25,756 nucleotides of DNA, taken from a virus. Its lineage: Duplodnaviria; Caudoviricetes. The stretch lies in the IMG/VR virus record IMGVR_UViG_3300010206_000001, positions 1-25,756 of that record, one strand, 5' to 3'. The position numbers and the translations under genes are program-made. Every line of letters starts with the position of its first letter. The first letter of the stretch is position 1. The notes below the pieces were generated by a model, which did no database searches, was not told the DNA's origin, and worked only from the letters and a program-made list of their open reading frames with translations. Below, piece by piece: positions 25,085 through 25,756 of the stretch.

Positions 25085-25679
25085 TCAACTCCCATGAAGG
25101 CGACGAGCCAAATCTGCCAGCGTATTGCGCGGCTTCGGCGCGGGCGCTTCTGGCTTCAGGGCCGACGGCGCCGCGTCCTCTTTCGGCAACGGTTCCGCGA
25201 ACAAATCCGGCGGCACATCGGATGCGGCGTGCCTCTCTGAGAGGATGCCGGCCCATTTGCGAGGATCGAAACGATCGACGCCAAGGCCATTAGGATGCGC
25301 TCCAAAGGCGCCGGCCCGGGCGTAAACCGCGAGATCGAGCGCCTCGTTGCGCGGCCTGATCTTGTGCCATTCCTTGACGACCATGCCGTCGCGCCGCTCG
25401 CGAGGAACCAGCACTTCAGCAGTCATCTGCTCCAGATAGGTCTCGTCGGCGATGTCCTTCGTCATGCGAAGGCCGCCGAGCAGTTCCTTGTCGATTTCGA
25501 TGCACTTCAGCGCATGCGACAGCCACAGTTTGAGATCATAGGTCCCGACAAAAAACAGCGGGACACGGAAAAGGAGCCGCCCGTAGCTGTTCTTCACCTC
25601 CACTCGGCGCGGGATCGAAAGCAGCAAGGCGCGACCCTGATCGCCACGACCACCGAATGACCGCGCGCCAGCGCGATTG
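25085..25679 (-). pseudogene. Terminase large subunit (lambda gpA-type), 3' fragment; frame broken upstream
   Basis: VGTYDLK, YLEQMTAE, WHKIRPRNEALDLAVYARA; in-frame stops at 25706-25708 (TAG) and 25715-25717 (TGA) leave only about 200 codons. The 5' boundary is approximate. Confidence 0.75.
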
Positions 25680-25756
25680 CAGGGCTCCGAACAAATCCAG
25701 CTGCTCTATGCCCATCAAGCGAAATACCCCTCGTATCCATTCACCGCAAGCAAACC

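Larger units (their letters stand above)
1..25756 (-). mobile_element. Prophage morphogenesis region: lambda-like head module plus P2-like contractile tail module (extends beyond both edges)
   Basis: Co-oriented minus-strand genes in canonical phage order, many coupled by TGATG/ATGA overlaps; no host housekeeping genes, att sites, integrase or lysis genes in the window. Confidence 0.95.

Noticed and set aside
23524-25293. 589-aa plus-strand ORF
   Set aside because: Antisense shadow of portal, gpW and terminase.

Overview
The window is the late (morphogenesis) operon of a high-GC prophage, almost all on the minus strand. Reading right to left: the 3' part of a lambda gpA-type terminase, then gpW, portal, S49 protease with nested scaffold, decoration protein and gpE-type capsid. 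A P2-like contractile tail follows (V, W, J, I, fibre genes, sheath, tube, E/E' chaperone, tape measure, U, X, D), and then a small accessory module ending in an SGNH esterase that runs off the left edge. The most unusual object is a precisely bounded 2411-bp ISL3-family element (8852-11262; GGCTATCCGTCAT inverted ends, 8-bp GTAAAAAA target duplication) inserted between the fibre-assembly and sheath genes. It carries an RHH-like regulator, two divergently transcribed cargo genes and four copies of a palindromic operator, so it looks like an IS with its own repressor-controlled cargo switch. Other points: the terminase frame is broken near the right edge, an antisense membrane-protein moron sits between tube and chaperone, the chaperone has two in-frame -1 slippery heptamers, and gpI has a perfect 21-bp duplication. 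Product calls rest on motif recognition and gene order; no searches were run.
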